Positions 17,543 through 27,638 of a stretch of 64,000 bases of DNA are shown one piece after another. The DNA lies in the NCBI GenBank assembly GCA_964406505.1, contig CAYORX010000007.1, positions 10,841 through 74,840 of the forward strand, in the 5' to 3' direction. The notes beneath the pieces were generated by a model. That model did no database searches and was not told the DNA's origin. It was given only the letters and a program-made list of their open reading frames with translations. The DNA comes from an uncultured Eubacteriales bacterium. GTDB lineage: Bacteria; Bacillota; Sulfobacillia; Fermentithermobacillales; Fermentithermobacillaceae. The position numbers and the translations under genes are program-made. Numbering within the stretch: the stretch's first letter is position 1; each line of letters opens with the position of its first letter.

Positions 17543-19788
17543 AGTTTTTTTCCTCTAAGCCTAAGCGCATTGGTTACCACAAATACTGAACTCAGACTCA
17601 TCGCCAAAGCCCCAAACATGGGAGACAAGAGTAAACCGAAAACGGGATATAACACACCTGCGGCAAGGGGAATTCCTAAAGTATTGTAGAAAAATGCCCA
17701 GAACAAGTTTTGCTTTATATTCTTTATGGTCAAGCGACTCAAATTAACTGCTTTAGGAACATCCATAAGATCGCTTTTCATAAGTACGATGTCCGCTGAC
17801 TCAATAGCAATATCGCTTCCACTTCCAATAGCGCACCCAACATCAGCTTGAACCAAAGCAGGAGCATCATTTATTCCATCGCCGACCATCATTACAAGAC
17901 TTCCTTCTTCTTGTAGACCCTGAATTACAGCTGCTTTATCTTCGGGCAAAACTTCTGCAATTACTTCATCTACTCCAACTATATTGCCTATATGTTCTGC
18001 TGCACCCTTGTTGTCACCGGTTAACAATACGACCTGTAAACCAAGCGCTTTTAATCGCTGAATTGCATTTTTGCTCGTTTCTTTGATCGAATCAGATACA
18101 CTAATAAGACCGGCAAAATTATCATTCGTTGCCACGAACATTACTGTTTTGCCTTGTGATGATAAACGTGCAGCTTTTTGAAGCATGACATCCTCCACAT
18201 CAATATTAGTATCTTGCATTAGTTTTTGATTACCTACAGACACTTTTCGACCATCCGATAATACCGCAGAAACACCTTTCCCGGAATAGTTCTGAAAATC
18301 GGAGATAGACAAATCGCTATCTACACCGTGCTCTGTCGCACCTTTTACTATTGCCTCAGCCAAGGGATGAGAAGAACCCGCCTCAACAGCCGCCGCCATA
18401 GATAATAATTGCTCAGGTTTGATTCCGTTAGGAACAACGTCTGTCACTGTCGGTTTACCTTCGGTCACAGTTCCTGTTTTATCAAGCACAACCACTTCAA
18501 CATTATGCGTAACTTCTAGCGCCTCACCACTTCTTATGAGAATACCGTTATTAGCACCTAGTCCGGTACCCACTACAATAGCTGTAGGAGTTGCAAGCCC
18601 CATAGCACAAGGACAAGCAATTACTAAGATAGACGTAAATATTCTGATTACGAAAGAAGGTTCTTTACCTACTAATAACCATACGATACTAGAGATAACA
18701 GCAATGGCCATCACGATAGGTACGAATACACCTGCTACTTTATCAGCCATTTTTGATATAGGTGCCTTTTTGCCTTGGGCATCCTCAACAAACTGTATTA
18801 TTTTTGCTAATACAGTATCTTCACCCACCCGTGTTATGCGCACTACAAGCACACCATTTTGATTCATGCTTCCACCTATAACTTCGCTACCTATAGTTTT
18901 TTCGACAGGTAAACTTTCACCCGTAAGCATAGACTCATCTACACCGCTTGCCCCGTCGGTTACAATGCCATCTAATGGAACCTTACTGCCAGGCTTCACA
19001 ATCACAAGATCATTCACTTTTAGCGTATCGGTAGAAACTTGCTGCTGAGTACCATCGGACCTAAGAAGGAGCGCCGTATCAGGAGCTAGTTCCATAAGTT
19101 TCCTAATGGCTCCCGTAGTTCTTCTTTTGCTACCTTCTTCCATGTGCTTACCCAAAGACACCAAAGCCACTACGATGGCAGCAGATTCAAAATAAAGACC
19201 ATGAACAAGCTCTGGTGCATCTGTTAGCATGAATAAAATACCAAGACTGTATAAAAAAGCTGCTGAACTCCCAATAGCTACTAAAGAATCCATGTTAGGG
19301 TTGCGATACCACAACGCCTTAAAACCGCTAATGTAAAATCTTCGTTCGATAAAAAGAATGACTATAGTCAAAAGCATTTGCACTATGGCATGGTTGATAG
19401 GATAACTTTCAATACTTATGAATTTAGGCAAAGGTGCGTTAAATATCATATTGCCCATAGATACATATAACAAAATCGCAGACAAAATTAAGGCAACGGC
19501 AATATTAGCTCGTTCTTTGCGAAATGCTGCTTGCTCCTCTTCTTCAACGACCTCAATTTTGGGGATAATTTGGTCAATTGATGGAAGGGCGCGAAAACCG
19601 GCCCGACTTACTTTTTCCATGATCTGATCCGGAGAAACTTGAGCCTCATCATATTCAATGGTCATTTTGCCTGTAGTCAAATTAACATCAGAACGGGTAA
19701 CCCCGGGAAGTTTGCGGGTAACTCGTTCTACTGCCGAAGAACATGCCGCACAATGCATACCTTCAACGATATACTCTTCCTGCTTCAT
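17539..19788 (-). CDS. copA: copper-translocating P1B-type ATPase
   Basis: N-terminal GMHCAACSS HMA domain, CPCAMGLATP, DKTGTVT, GDGINDAP. Start ATG at 19788 (MKQEEY..) behind AAGGAGGG (track: 19854). Confidence 0.9.
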   Translation of the reverse strand: MKQEEYIVEGMHCAACSSAVERVTRKLPGVTRSDVNLTTGKMTIEYDEAQVSPDQIMEKVSRAGFRALPSIDQIIPKIEVVEEEEQAAFRKERANIAVALILSAILLYVSMGNMIFNAPLPKFISIESYPINHAIVQMLLTIVILFIERRFYISGFKALWYRNPNMDSLVAIGSSAAFLYSLGILFMLTDAPELVHGLYFESAAIVVALVSLGKHMEEGSKRRTTGAIRKLMELAPDTALLLRSDGTQQQVSTDTLKVNDLVIVKPGSKVPLDGIVTDGASGVDESMLTGESLPVEKTIGSEVIGGSMNQNGVLVVRITRVGEDTVLAKIIQFVEDAQGKKAPISKMADKVAGVFVPIVMAIAVISSIVWLLVGKEPSFVIRIFTSILVIACPCAMGLATPTAIVVGTGLGANNGILIRSGEALEVTHNVEVVVLDKTGTVTEGKPTVTDVVPNGIKPEQLLSMAAAVEAGSSHPLAEAIVKGATEHGVDSDLSISDFQNYSGKGVSAVLSDGRKVSVGNQKLMQDTNIDVEDVMLQKAARLSSQGKTVMFVATNDNFAGLISVSDSIKETSKNAIQRLKALGLQVVLLTGDNKGAAEHIGNIVGVDEVIAEVLPEDKAAVIQGLQEEGSLVMMVGDGINDAPALVQADVGCAIGSGSDIAIESADIVLMKSDLMDVPKAVNLSRLTIKNIKQNLFWAFFYNTLGIPLAAGVLYPVFGLLLSPMFGALAMSLSSVFVVTNALRLRGKKL

Positions 19789-19830
19789 ATTAGCTCCCTC
19801 CTTTGCAATTTCAATTCCATTAATTACATT

Positions 19831-19847
19831 ATACCCCCCAGGGGTAT
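19831..19847 (-). promoter_or_regulatory. putative CsoR operator upstream of copA
   Basis: GC-rich inverted repeat ATACCCC-N3-GGGGTAT, 43-59 nt upstream of the copA start. It resembles known CsoR operators. Confidence 0.5.
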
Positions 19848-19995
19848 AAGTCAATCACAATAGAATCAATAACCGTAAAATCCCATTTGAACTTTTCAGG
19901 CATTTAAGCAAAGAACCGGTTAGACAATTAAACCTACTTCGCGTTTCATCTAGTGTAACCTAGCCAATGAGGATAATAGTAAGTGGGACAATAGA

Positions 19996-20036
19996 CTTAG
20001 TAGGGTACAACACCATCTGCACCCTACTAAGTTTTT
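19996..20036. terminator. rho-independent terminator-like hairpin between copA promoter region and the gene ending at 20050
   Basis: CTTAGTAGGGT-acaacaccatctgc-ACCCTACTAAG followed by TTTTT: 11-bp perfect stem. Confidence 0.55.
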
Positions 20037-20049
20037 CATAACTGCTGGA

Positions 20050-20754
20050 TCATTTCCTATACGTTGTATTCACATTTGGATTTTTATCGCCAAAAGCATT
20101 TATAACTTCGTCAATTATCTGTTTTTTGGCCAATCCCTGTTGCTCCTTTTGCTTGATCATTTCGTATGCCCCGAAAACAGTCGAAGGCCCTATCTCAGAA
20201 GAAAAATGACCTATACCCTGATTCCATGCAAACAACGAAAACACTTCGTCAAGTTCTCTTACAGTGACCCCGAGGTGGTAAGCTTTTATAAGTTCCCTTG
20301 TAGCTTGCCTAAATCTTGAAGCACCTACTGCGTTGCTCATAGATAAAAGTAGTTTAGTCTTTAAATCTAAAGCCGGATCTTTTGTTTCCCATATTAGATC
20401 CCAAAAACCTACAACGTTGTCAGCCAAGTTATCGTCGATCATTTTGTAGTTCAATATAGCGGTTGGCTTAAAAGGCATGTCCGCACTACCCTGAAAAGTA
20501 GGAGGTTTGATCTCATTCCTGCGAAAATAACTTCGATATTCACGTTCGGAAACTTTTTCGGTCATATACTCAAAACCCAAATCTCTCAAGGCAGAGTATA
20601 AGGGCTTCGGTTCAAAACTCTGCACCACGCATATTCCGTCATTTAGCTTTACCTGCTGCGCTTTGTGTAAAATCATAGGCAGAAAATTACCTGTTAGCTT
20701 TCTTACATCGATAACAGGAAATTTCACCTTTTCATTATCCCAGTTGATTTTCAT
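20050..20754 (-). CDS. two-domain protein: DUF2249-like N-terminal domain + Cys-less carboxymuconolactone-decarboxylase/AhpD-fold C-terminal domain
   Basis: The N-terminal VIDVRKLTGNFLPMILHKAQQVKLNDGICVVQSFEPKPLYSAL resembles DUF2249. The C-terminal LLLSMSNAVGASRFRQATREL.. resembles the CMD family but lacks the CxxH Cys residues. Confidence 0.4.
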   Translation of the reverse strand: MKINWDNEKVKFPVIDVRKLTGNFLPMILHKAQQVKLNDGICVVQSFEPKPLYSALRDLGFEYMTEKVSEREYRSYFRRNEIKPPTFQGSADMPFKPTAILNYKMIDDNLADNVVGFWDLIWETKDPALDLKTKLLLSMSNAVGASRFRQATRELIKAYHLGVTVRELDEVFSLFAWNQGIGHFSSEIGPSTVFGAYEMIKQKEQQGLAKKQIIDEVINAFGDKNPNVNTTYRK

Positions 20755-20785
20755 AACGTTGTTTACCCCTTATTTCGCTAAAGTC

Positions 20786-22825
20786 TTATTCGTTAAAAAC
20801 ACCGCGTTCAATCATCAAATCGAAATAATCAACGAGAGCTTCCAAATTATCAAATCCCGTTTCACTTTCTATAAGTTCAGCGATATCTGCGAGAGTCCTT
20901 TTACCATCGGCCCAATATTGCATTTGACTAGAAGGTATGCGAATTTTCCCATGTTTTTGTTTAAAAACTTTAAGCTTCTCCTCATAATTTTTAACAGCAT
21001 CTTCGCCTATGCCTGAAAAAGGTCCTCGATAAATTCGCTTTGGAATAATGTTTTGTGCCCTGTCGTACGCCCCATCTTGTTCCAGTTTCCATGCAGGAGG
21101 CAGATCGGCAGTATCGTTTAATTCGGCGATAGATGCTAATTCCCGTAAAATTTTTCTACCTAAAAAGACCTCTGCAACATTTATTAGCTCAATGACCTCA
21201 GATTTTACTTCTTCAAACCTAAGTGAATCCGGAATAATTTTACTTAAGGCCGCGACATCCAATTTCTTACGCCGTGCCAAAAATTTAATCCTAAGTTCAG
21301 ATGTCCTCCGCGCCTTAGACAATATGTCGTATACCTTATCTTTATCTGAAACTTTGGATAACTTTTTTTCAACTCGATCTAAAATGACGGAAAGCTGATT
21401 TCTTGCTTCACCTATGAATCGAACGGCAGCATCTTCCAAAATAAACGACGCATCTTCAACTGTTGCGTTAGATGCTGTATAAAGATAAGTTGCTGTAAGT
21501 ACACCCGTTACTTTCAACATTTTAGGATCTACTTTGTCTATAGTATCTTCGCTAGTATGATAAAACTTATCAGGCCATTGGATGAGCATGGGACATGTTA
21601 CCCCTACACTGGGATCACCCCATATGTAATGATCACTGCCACCTGAAAAAGGCCCTACAGTCCATCTAAAATCTGAGTAAAAATTACTGCCTCCAAGATT
21701 GCTAATGTTTTTTGTCATAAGTCCCAAAATAGCCGCTGCTAAATCTCCGCCAAACCCTGGCAACGCACTTACCGGCCTTTCTACCGTAAAAGTACTGCCA
21801 CAAAGTGCCTGATTTTGACCCACCATATCAAGGTTAATAGCTGCGACAATCTTATCAATTCTTTCTTCATTCTCTGCTAAAAACGCATAAGAACCTGTCA
21901 TTTCTGGGACCCATAAAAATCGAATGGTTCTTTGAGGTTTAGCGAGTTTACCCGAACTGATGAGTTTTGAAAGAGTCCGTGCAGTTTCCATCAATGTTCC
22001 ACAGCCAGACGCATTATCGTTTGCAGAAGGTTCAGGATGGCAAAGATGTGCTACAGCTACAACTTCCTCTTCTGTTTCACCTGGAATTATTGCAGTAGGA
22101 ATTTTCCAAATCCCGTCGGAAAATTCGGCATCGACTCTAGCATGCACCAAAAGTTCTTTTTGCCCTGATGCGAATTTTCGTCTAAGATTCTCGCCTATCC
22201 TAGGACTTACGACAAATCCGAACGCTTTATGTGTTTCGCCTTTGATAGGCCAAAACGCAAGGTACTGCCTGCCATCAGGAAGATCGAAACGGTCTCTAAC
22301 CGGTAACTGTTCCATCATTGTATCTACCACAACACCCACTGCGCCGAATTTATCCACTGCAATTTTTGCAATCTCGGCCGGGTTTCCCCTTGAAAAAACT
22401 AGTTTACCTGTAACATCAATTTCGCGATAAGACTCTGGCTCGTCGCCTTTCTCAACTAAAACCATCGTTGTTTTAATGCCTTCGGCGGGCGTTGCTGCGC
22501 TCCTTTGGACCAAAGATATTTTATGATCCCCAAAGGCGCACAATCTTTCTGTCTTACCATCTTCCAAAAGCACAAGTTCGGCATCGTTTACCTTCCATTC
22601 TTGAAAACTTTGTTGAGACCACCAGTGAACCCCTTCTTTCGCGGAAAAAGATATCAATTCATTTTGGATACCTTTTGCGGTGAGGTAGGATTGAATAAAA
22701 CGAGCAGCATCATTGTATCCGGGGCTCAACTGGATTCTGTGGAATGACGATATTCTTGCAACATCGTTGAAAGCTTCTTGGCCTCTAAACTCATTTTTTA
22801 CGTAGCCCAGCGTCTTTCTTATCAA
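20786..22825 (-). CDS. M28-family metallopeptidase-like protein (aminopeptidase-like/DUF4910-type) with long C-terminal extension
   Basis: Central ..HLCHP.PSANDNASGCGTLMETAR..NLDMVG.. resembles the M28 Zn-ligand blocks. A ~200-aa alpha-helical C-terminal region has unknown function. 679 aa. Confidence 0.5.
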   Translation of the reverse strand: MIRKTLGYVKNEFRGQEAFNDVARISSFHRIQLSPGYNDAARFIQSYLTAKGIQNELISFSAKEGVHWWSQQSFQEWKVNDAELVLLEDGKTERLCAFGDHKISLVQRSAATPAEGIKTTMVLVEKGDEPESYREIDVTGKLVFSRGNPAEIAKIAVDKFGAVGVVVDTMMEQLPVRDRFDLPDGRQYLAFWPIKGETHKAFGFVVSPRIGENLRRKFASGQKELLVHARVDAEFSDGIWKIPTAIIPGETEEEVVAVAHLCHPEPSANDNASGCGTLMETARTLSKLISSGKLAKPQRTIRFLWVPEMTGSYAFLAENEERIDKIVAAINLDMVGQNQALCGSTFTVERPVSALPGFGGDLAAAILGLMTKNISNLGGSNFYSDFRWTVGPFSGGSDHYIWGDPSVGVTCPMLIQWPDKFYHTSEDTIDKVDPKMLKVTGVLTATYLYTASNATVEDASFILEDAAVRFIGEARNQLSVILDRVEKKLSKVSDKDKVYDILSKARRTSELRIKFLARRKKLDVAALSKIIPDSLRFEEVKSEVIELINVAEVFLGRKILRELASIAELNDTADLPPAWKLEQDGAYDRAQNIIPKRIYRGPFSGIGEDAVKNYEEKLKVFKQKHGKIRIPSSQMQYWADGKRTLADIAELIESETGFDNLEALVDYFDLMIERGVFNE

Positions 22826-22883
22826 ACTAGTTCCCTCCTTAAATTAAAATAAGTACCACTTAAATATTCGGCAAGGCTTATGT

Positions 22884-24506
22884 TTAAAATCCTAGCGCAA
22901 CACCATCCACTCTCGTATCCGACCCTGCCAATAACGCACCTGTCTCCATATGCTTCATAATAATCTGTGCTCCACCGCCTCCCGAAAAAGGTCCTACCGT
23001 TTCTACCGAATGACCCATTTGGGCAAGACTATCAATGGTGTCCTGCGGAAACCTTGATTCCAACATAAGTTTAGGCGCACCTCCAACCCCGATCATGTCT
23101 GTCCCCGGATAAGACCTCCACCTCGGAAACTCCACAGCTTGTTGTGGACCCAGTTGGTGATCTAATATGAGGCTCAAAATCTGCATATTCCATTGAGGCT
23201 GCCCATCCCCGCCAAGTGTTCCGCCCACAATAAACGGCCTATCATCTTTGAAAACCATATAACAATTGAGGGTATGCATGGGCCGTTTACCGGGCATAAG
23301 GCAATTGGGATGCCCAGATATTAGATTAAAAGATCTACCTGCACGGTTGTTAAGCAATACTCCTGTTCCTGGAACCATGACACCTGATCCAAAGGAAAAG
23401 GCGATACTGTGAATAAACGAACAACAATTTCCCTGCTTATCCCACGCAACAAAAGATGTTGTATCACCGTTTATAGTGGTGTCTGTACCTATCGGGCTCG
23501 ATCTAAAACGAGTGATCCGATTCGCCATTTCGCGTGCATAATCTTTTGAAATTAATTTCGATACATCGAAATCTGTAAACTGAGGATCACCAGCAAAAGC
23601 GTTTCGGTCAGAAAAAGCGACTTTTTTAGCCTCAACCATAAGATGTATCGCTTCATATGACAATGGATTGATTTGAGGGAAATCAAAGTTTTCTATGATA
23701 TTCATCTGTTCCAAAACTAAAAACCCTGGAGAAACCGGGGCAGTCTCAAGGATCTCAAATCCTCTATAGTCTGTACTAATTGGCTTGTACCACGAAGTAG
23801 ATTCTTCAAAATGCCGTGAAAATTCGTCACCATGAAAAGTTCCTTTAGCTTTGCGATTGATCTCATAAAATTTTTCTGCGAAAGCACCTTTATAGAAGTA
23901 TTCAGCCCCTTGATGTCCAAATTCCCTAAGGGTATGAGCAAGTTCCGTCTGTTTTAGCACAGTTCCTGCTTTAGGTGCCTTTCCATTAGAAAGAAAGATT
24001 TTCGAGGATTCAGTATAACGCGAGAGCTTATTCTGCGCGTTTTGCACATCTCTTTCAAATCTTGGCGTAACTACAAACCCCTCTTCTGCTATCTTCGCTC
24101 CCGCCTTAAAGCATTTGCTGAGCGAAAATGTACCAAATCTTTTAGCTGCAAGTTCATAAACTAAAGGTGCCCCTGGCACTGCTACCGACATTATCCCGTC
24201 TTGTGGTAAAATTTCCACTTCACCTACAAAACGTTCTAACGTAGAACCATCACCTGATACACCACTACCGTTAATAGCGTGAACACCACCTTTTGTAGCA
24301 TCGTAATATATCAAAAATGCATCTCCGCCTAGGCCACACATATGGGGTAGAACCGCTGAGGTAACGCTTACCATAGTCAAACATGCATCCATCGCGTTTC
24401 CGCCGGAACGAAGCGCATTGTATCCAGCGATCGTAGCTAATGGATGTGCAGCCGCAACCATACCACTTTTTCCAAAAGTTGAATCTGCAAACGTTGACTT
24501 AAACAT
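22884..24506 (-). CDS. gamma-glutamyltransferase family protein (Ntn hydrolase), no signal peptide
   Basis: MVAAAHPLATIAGYNAL..GGNAMDA N-terminal block and ..NGDTTSF.. nucleophile region. 540 aa. Confidence 0.8.
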   Translation of the reverse strand: MFKSTFADSTFGKSGMVAAAHPLATIAGYNALRSGGNAMDACLTMVSVTSAVLPHMCGLGGDAFLIYYDATKGGVHAINGSGVSGDGSTLERFVGEVEILPQDGIMSVAVPGAPLVYELAAKRFGTFSLSKCFKAGAKIAEEGFVVTPRFERDVQNAQNKLSRYTESSKIFLSNGKAPKAGTVLKQTELAHTLREFGHQGAEYFYKGAFAEKFYEINRKAKGTFHGDEFSRHFEESTSWYKPISTDYRGFEILETAPVSPGFLVLEQMNIIENFDFPQINPLSYEAIHLMVEAKKVAFSDRNAFAGDPQFTDFDVSKLISKDYAREMANRITRFRSSPIGTDTTINGDTTSFVAWDKQGNCCSFIHSIAFSFGSGVMVPGTGVLLNNRAGRSFNLISGHPNCLMPGKRPMHTLNCYMVFKDDRPFIVGGTLGGDGQPQWNMQILSLILDHQLGPQQAVEFPRWRSYPGTDMIGVGGAPKLMLESRFPQDTIDSLAQMGHSVETVGPFSGGGGAQIIMKHMETGALLAGSDTRVDGVALGF

Positions 24507-24713
24507 AAAACATCGGCCTTTCTAGTTTTAAATCTATAGCGACTATTGAGGTTTTTGTTGCTTTGCTGTATTCAATGCGATCTAGTCAGTGGTGAAAATT
24601 GGATTATAGCATTTACGAGTCTATTCAGTAATTTCTACAAATTAAAAGATAATCCTTTACACTACGTTTTGACATGTGATAACAAAGCAGGGGACAGTAC
24701 GATTTGATAAATC

Positions 24714-25436
24714 TTAAGTTATATTTCGGGTTAGGTTTCGCCAAACTAAGTGGTTTTGAATTTCGTCGGGACTTCCTTGACATTGTATCTGCCCGTGATC
24801 TAAAACAATAACCCGCGAAGCTAAAGCCTGCACTTCTGCAAAATCATGAGTAACTAATACAGTGGTGGTTTGCTGCTCTTTTAAAATTTGTTTAAACTGC
24901 GCGACAAGGCCTTGCCGGGTAATTACATCGACAGAAGCAAAGGGTTCATCCAAAAATAAAACTTCCGGTTCAAGTACGAAAGCCCTAGCTAGCGCAGTTC
25001 TTTGGGCTTCTCCACCCGACAATGTATAAGCGGGTTGGTCTGCCAAATGAATAAGCCCGAAACGTTCAAGCCATCCATCAATATAGCTTGCATTTCTTTT
25101 GATTTTTCTCAAAGATAACCCTAGTTTTACGTTTTCTTTTACAGTCCCTTCAAGCAAGAGTGGTTCTTGGAATACTACCGCCATCCGGCGTCTTACATCT
25201 AATACATTGACGCGGGTAACCTTTTCTTGCTTAAAAATTACACTCCCGCGTTGAGGAGGGTCTAGGCATGCCATAACAGAAATCAAAGTGCTTTTCCCCG
25301 CACCATTAGGTCCTATAACAGCTACAACTTCTCCCGGATTCACATACATTTCAAACACATCAAGAATCTTCCGAGTCCCTTTCACTACTTCAACTTTGTG
25401 AATTCTAAGAACCGACGGTTTTTTCGCAAACCCCAT
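24714..25436 (-). CDS. tupC: tungstate ABC transporter ATP-binding protein
   Basis: Walker A GPNGAGKST, LSGGE signature, Walker B LFLDEP. In operon with tupB and tupA. Confidence 0.7.
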   Translation of the reverse strand: MGFAKKPSVLRIHKVEVVKGTRKILDVFEMYVNPGEVVAVIGPNGAGKSTLISVMACLDPPQRGSVIFKQEKVTRVNVLDVRRRMAVVFQEPLLLEGTVKENVKLGLSLRKIKRNASYIDGWLERFGLIHLADQPAYTLSGGEAQRTALARAFVLEPEVLFLDEPFASVDVITRQGLVAQFKQILKEQQTTTVLVTHDFAEVQALASRVIVLDHGQIQCQGSPDEIQNHLVWRNLTRNIT

Positions 25437-25482
25437 CGCTTAAACCACCCCATGCATTTGCTGAAAAATAATGATTACACCA

Positions 25483-26181
25483 TTAAGCTTTTTGACGTTT
25501 TTGCTGCAATCGCGTAAGTAAAGCCGTAATTCCATAACTAAAAGCCACTAGTATGAACCCCAAAGCAATCGCAACATCAAAATCACCTTTCCTGATCTCT
25601 AACACAATAGACGTCGTCAAGACCCTAGTTTCATGAAGTATATTTCCTCCGACAGCCATTGAGGCACCGACCTCAGCAATTACCCTTCCAAGTCCGGCAA
25701 TAATGGCTCCTAGCAATCCGAATCTGCATTCTTTAAGAAGTAACCACCAGAGCTGCAAAGGCGAGGCCCCTAGGGCAAGAATCTGTAACCTTAATTTGGG
25801 GTTTAACTGCTGAACAGCCGCCATTGTAAGGCCCGTAACAATAGGGGTAGCAATCAAGGCTTGAGCTATGATCATTGCAGCCGGTGTATACATTAACCTA
25901 AAAGTACCTAAAGGCCCGTTTCTCCATAAAAACAAACTAACCCAAAGACCTGCTACGGTAGGTGGAAGAGCCATCCCGGCATTTACGAACGAAATTACTA
26001 CGTTTCTACCTCTGAAACGGCCTATTGCAAGGCAAAGTCCCAATGGAAGCCCGATCATGACGCTTATCAATGTGGCAGACCCAGATACTTTTATAGTGAG
26101 AATTACAATTTCGACAATTGCGGGGTCTCCCTTCAGTATCAGCAATATAGCTTGTTTGAGTCCTCCCCAAAGAAATTTCAC
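25483..26181 (-). CDS. tupB: tungstate ABC transporter permease
   Basis: 232-aa BPD-type permease. Adjacent to tupA. Confidence 0.7.
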   Translation of the reverse strand: MKFLWGGLKQAILLILKGDPAIVEIVILTIKVSGSATLISVMIGLPLGLCLAIGRFRGRNVVISFVNAGMALPPTVAGLWVSLFLWRNGPLGTFRLMYTPAAMIIAQALIATPIVTGLTMAAVQQLNPKLRLQILALGASPLQLWWLLLKECRFGLLGAIIAGLGRVIAEVGASMAVGGNILHETRVLTTSIVLEIRKGDFDVAIALGFILVAFSYGITALLTRLQQKRQKA

Positions 26182-26298
26182 TCGGTTTTCTCCTTTTACC
26201 TATGATTTCATAGCTTAAAATTACGATTTGCCCTAGCCCTTCACTTGAGATAAGAAAAAGCGATACGCCCACAAGTTCTAAAGCTAGGGCATTGTCAG

Positions 26299-27159
26299 TT
26301 AGTTAGGTTCCGATTTACCCGCATCGGGAACAAATAACGGTTCGCCAAATTTGTCAACACCGAAATCGGCGATTATGTCTTGAACTTCTTCTGAAATCAT
26401 AAACTCCACAAATGCTTGTGCACCGTCTGCATTAACCTTTTCAAATTTTTCCGGATTTACTTGCATCACATGATAAATATTCAAAAGAATAAGATCTTTT
26501 TCAACTAATACTTCGAGGTCCAGGGTATCTTTAAGTGCAAGGTATGTACCTCTATCGGTAAATACGTACGCCTCTTTTTCAGACGCAATAGCTAAAGTGT
26601 CGCCCATCCCCGCACCTGCTTCAACATACCAGCTACCATCAGGCTCGATTTCCGCCGTTTTCCAGATTTCCAATTCTTTCTTATGGGTACCTGAATCGTC
26701 ACCCCTCGATACGAAAGTAGATTGATTTTCAGCTATCTGGGCATAAGCAACCGCTGCAGATGTTTGACCTTTTATACCCGCAGGATCGCTTTCAGGGCCG
26801 CAAATAATAAAATCGTTATGCATAACTAGCTGCCTATTTACAGCGTGACCACTTTCTACAATTTCTTCTTCAGATGCAGGCGCGTGCGTTAAAAGTACAT
26901 CAGCTTCACCTTCTTTTCCCAGAGCTAGTGCCGCACCGGTACCTACTGCTACTGTTTTTACTTTATATCCTGTTTCTTCCTCAAAAATGGGAATTAACTT
27001 GTCAAGTAAGCCGCTGTCTTGAGTGCTCGTGGTTGTAGCTAATATCACTTCAGTGACCGAAGTCTCTTGAGGCTGGCAACCTACAATGGTCGTTACGATC
27101 GTAATTGCTAAAATTACCATAGAAAATAATTTAAGACTCTTTAGTTTTGATTTCATCAT
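26299..27159 (-). CDS. tupA: tungstate ABC transporter substrate-binding lipoprotein
   Basis: Lipoprotein signal (..IVGC) followed by ILATTTSTQDSGLLD, the TTTS oxyanion-binding signature of TupA. Confidence 0.75.
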   Translation of the reverse strand: MMKSKLKSLKLFSMVILAITIVTTIVGCQPQETSVTEVILATTTSTQDSGLLDKLIPIFEEETGYKVKTVAVGTGAALALGKEGEADVLLTHAPASEEEIVESGHAVNRQLVMHNDFIICGPESDPAGIKGQTSAAVAYAQIAENQSTFVSRGDDSGTHKKELEIWKTAEIEPDGSWYVEAGAGMGDTLAIASEKEAYVFTDRGTYLALKDTLDLEVLVEKDLILLNIYHVMQVNPEKFEKVNADGAQAFVEFMISEEVQDIIADFGVDKFGEPLFVPDAGKSEPN

Positions 27160-27384
27160 TCACTACCCCCCAGGTGGTTTTCATCAACTTACCTAAACTG
27201 CGAAACTACGTTCACCTCCTGAATATTTGATTCAAGCGCCTACAAATCGATAGTTTGTACAATTTCCCACAAGATAAAATAAGCGCCTCCTCTGGCGTTT
27301 ATGATATTAATAGAGATCATGCGCATTGGCAGATCGCTTACCTTTCCAACCGTAATTACAGATGTACCGGCAAAGATCCCTATT

Positions 27385-27510
27385 TAATTACGGCTCCTTT
27401 CCAAAGGAGGGAGGCGGATCCGTTTGCAGATCAACCCTATCGGCTGTGGCCCATGAAGCAACATAGCTTGTTAGGAACCAAAGCTCGGAGCACATATTCG
27501 ATTTGGAGCT
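27385..27510 (-). promoter_or_regulatory. molybdenum/tungsten-cofactor (Moco/Tuco-type) riboswitch in the tupABC leader
   Basis: The minus strand reads ..GUGCUCCGAGCUUUGGUUCC....CGCCUCCCUCCUUUGGAAAGGAGCC. This matches my recollection of the 3' core of the E. coli moaA Moco element (..GUGCUUUGG....CGCCUCCC....UGGAAAGG..). It sits upstream of a tungstate transporter, the classical context for this riboswitch. Confidence 0.55.
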
Positions 27511-27551
27511 ATTTTAACATATAAATGTGAACTAAAAAACTTTTAGGTTTT

Positions 27552-27596
27552 AATAAACAAAACGAACCCAGTCCAATTATAATATGGACCGAGTTC
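27552..27596 (-). terminator. rho-independent terminator after the ABC ATPase gene ending at 27639
   Basis: Minus strand: GAACTCGGTCCA-tattataat-TGGACTGGGTTC followed by GTTTTGTTTATT. Confidence 0.5.
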
Positions 27597-27638
27597 ATTC
27601 TTCTGCTAATCAACCCTGTTTGCTTTTGGTCTATAGAC

